DNA of 64,000 nucleotides from an uncultured bacterium (GTDB lineage Bacteria; Chlamydiota; Chlamydiia; Chlamydiales; SM23-39): NCBI GenBank assembly GCA_964594545.1, contig CAZQNB010000002.1, positions 19,993 to 83,992 of the forward strand, read 5' to 3'. Shown piece by piece: positions 63,309 to 64,000 of this stretch (position 1 is its first letter; each line of letters starts with the position of its first letter). The notes under the pieces were generated by a model. It saw only the letters and a program-made list of their open reading frames with translations, ran no database searches and was not told where the DNA came from. The position numbers and the translations under genes were made by a program.

Positions 63309-64000
63309 ATGACAACAGCCCTTACGATCTCTTCCGAACAAAAAGAAGAACTGCTCAAGTTTTTGAAGAAGAACCGCTCTGCGGATTTGGTGATGTTTTA
63401 TCTTCACTATTTACAAGAGAAGTATAAGCTTAAGCCGGTTCTTTTCCCGCGCGATAAGATGATTTTTCAGAGCGTGGATGACTTAGTTCATCACCTGGAG
63501 AAAGAGGGAAAGCTCTGGAGAGAGACTGAAATTACCATTCAGTTCGGTCAGCAAAGCGTAAACGAAGAGACAAAGAAAATTTATATTTGTCCTTTCACAG
63601 GAAAGGTTTTTGGAGATAATACCCATCCAAATCCCCAAGATGCCATTTATGACTGGGTGGCTAAATGCCCCGAGAATAAAGAGCGCGTGGGCGGGTTACC
63701 TGTGAAGCGCTTTTTTGTTTCTGAAGATCCTGAAGTGATTAAAAACTATATCAGCGTAAGAAAAGCTTCAGTCAAAAAAGTTGTTTACTCTTCAGCTATT
63801 ACAGGAAAGTTGTTCAATAGCAAAGCTGCTGTGATCGATTCATTTAAGAAGAATCATGTGAAACTTCTTACGTTGTTTGAAGTGCAAAACCAAAACCGAT
63901 ATGAAATCGAAGACAAATTCCTCTCCTTTATACAAAAACATTTATCTGAAGAGAAGATATCTCAGTTTGTTGAGGCTTTGTCGGGACATTCAGAATTTGC
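63309..64000 (+). CDS. conserved hypothetical protein (3' end outside window)
   Basis: ATG 63309 opens a frame that runs to the window edge (MTTALTISSEQKEELLKFL...ICPFTGKVFGDNTHPNPQDAIYDWVAKCPENK). It is absent from the ORF track because it has no stop. Possibly a chlamydia-restricted DUF family (memory only). Confidence 0.6.
   Translation, partial: MTTALTISSEQKEELLKFLKKNRSADLVMFYLHYLQEKYKLKPVLFPRDKMIFQSVDDLVHHLEKEGKLWRETEITIQFGQQSVNEETKKIYICPFTGKVFGDNTHPNPQDAIYDWVAKCPENKERVGGLPVKRFFVSEDPEVIKNYISVRKASVKKVVYSSAITGKLFNSKAAVIDSFKKNHVKLLTLFEVQNQNRYEIEDKFLSFIQKHLSEEKISQFVEALSGHSEF

Overview
This window looks like a chromosomal segment from an environmental, Chlamydia-related member of the Chlamydiae. 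The evidence is a TLC-family nucleotide transporter, a type III secretion block in the chlamydial order sctJ-x-sctL-sctR-sctS-sctT, a very large PBP2, Inc-like proteins with bilobed hydrophobic domains, and a Tol-Pal-MurI cluster. A Waddlia-like source is only a guess, based on repeat richness and moderate GC judged by eye. About 60 genes are densely packed. Housekeeping genes: mnmG, lplA-like, sdhCAB, tatD, tolQ-tolR-tolA-like-tolB-pal-LysM-murI, an OmpR-type regulator, nth, mnmE, ruvA, ruvC, LPS-core GT9 genes, gpsA, nnr, UDP-glucuronate epimerase and decarboxylase, pbp2, tRNA-Gly, rpsB-tsf-pyrH-frr, tRNA-Glu, tRNA-Lys, rho-coaE-polA, sppA, an ABC-F ATPase and a NUDIX hydrolase. Accessory content has three parts. 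(1) A small islet follows tRNA-Lys, with an overlapping pair (NNPGN-motif/DUF3892-like protein plus a secreted DUF4431-like protein), a GIY-YIG/T5orf172 protein and a 1489-aa two-partner-secretion-type exoprotein with no TpsB partner in the window. (2) There are two Inc-like proteins, one fused to a degenerate Clp-like AAA+ module. (3) The most striking signal is a family of at least 15 long nested palindromic elements with no ORF, which fill many intergenic regions. They share termini (TA-TACCG...CGGTA-TA) and core motifs, and their arms vary in a compensatory way. They also show inverted loop isomers, chimeric and half copies and tandem junctions. One copy sits inside the T3SS operon against the sctS start codon, and two copies supply the stop codons of flanking genes. 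No rRNA, CRISPR array, transposase or integrase was seen.
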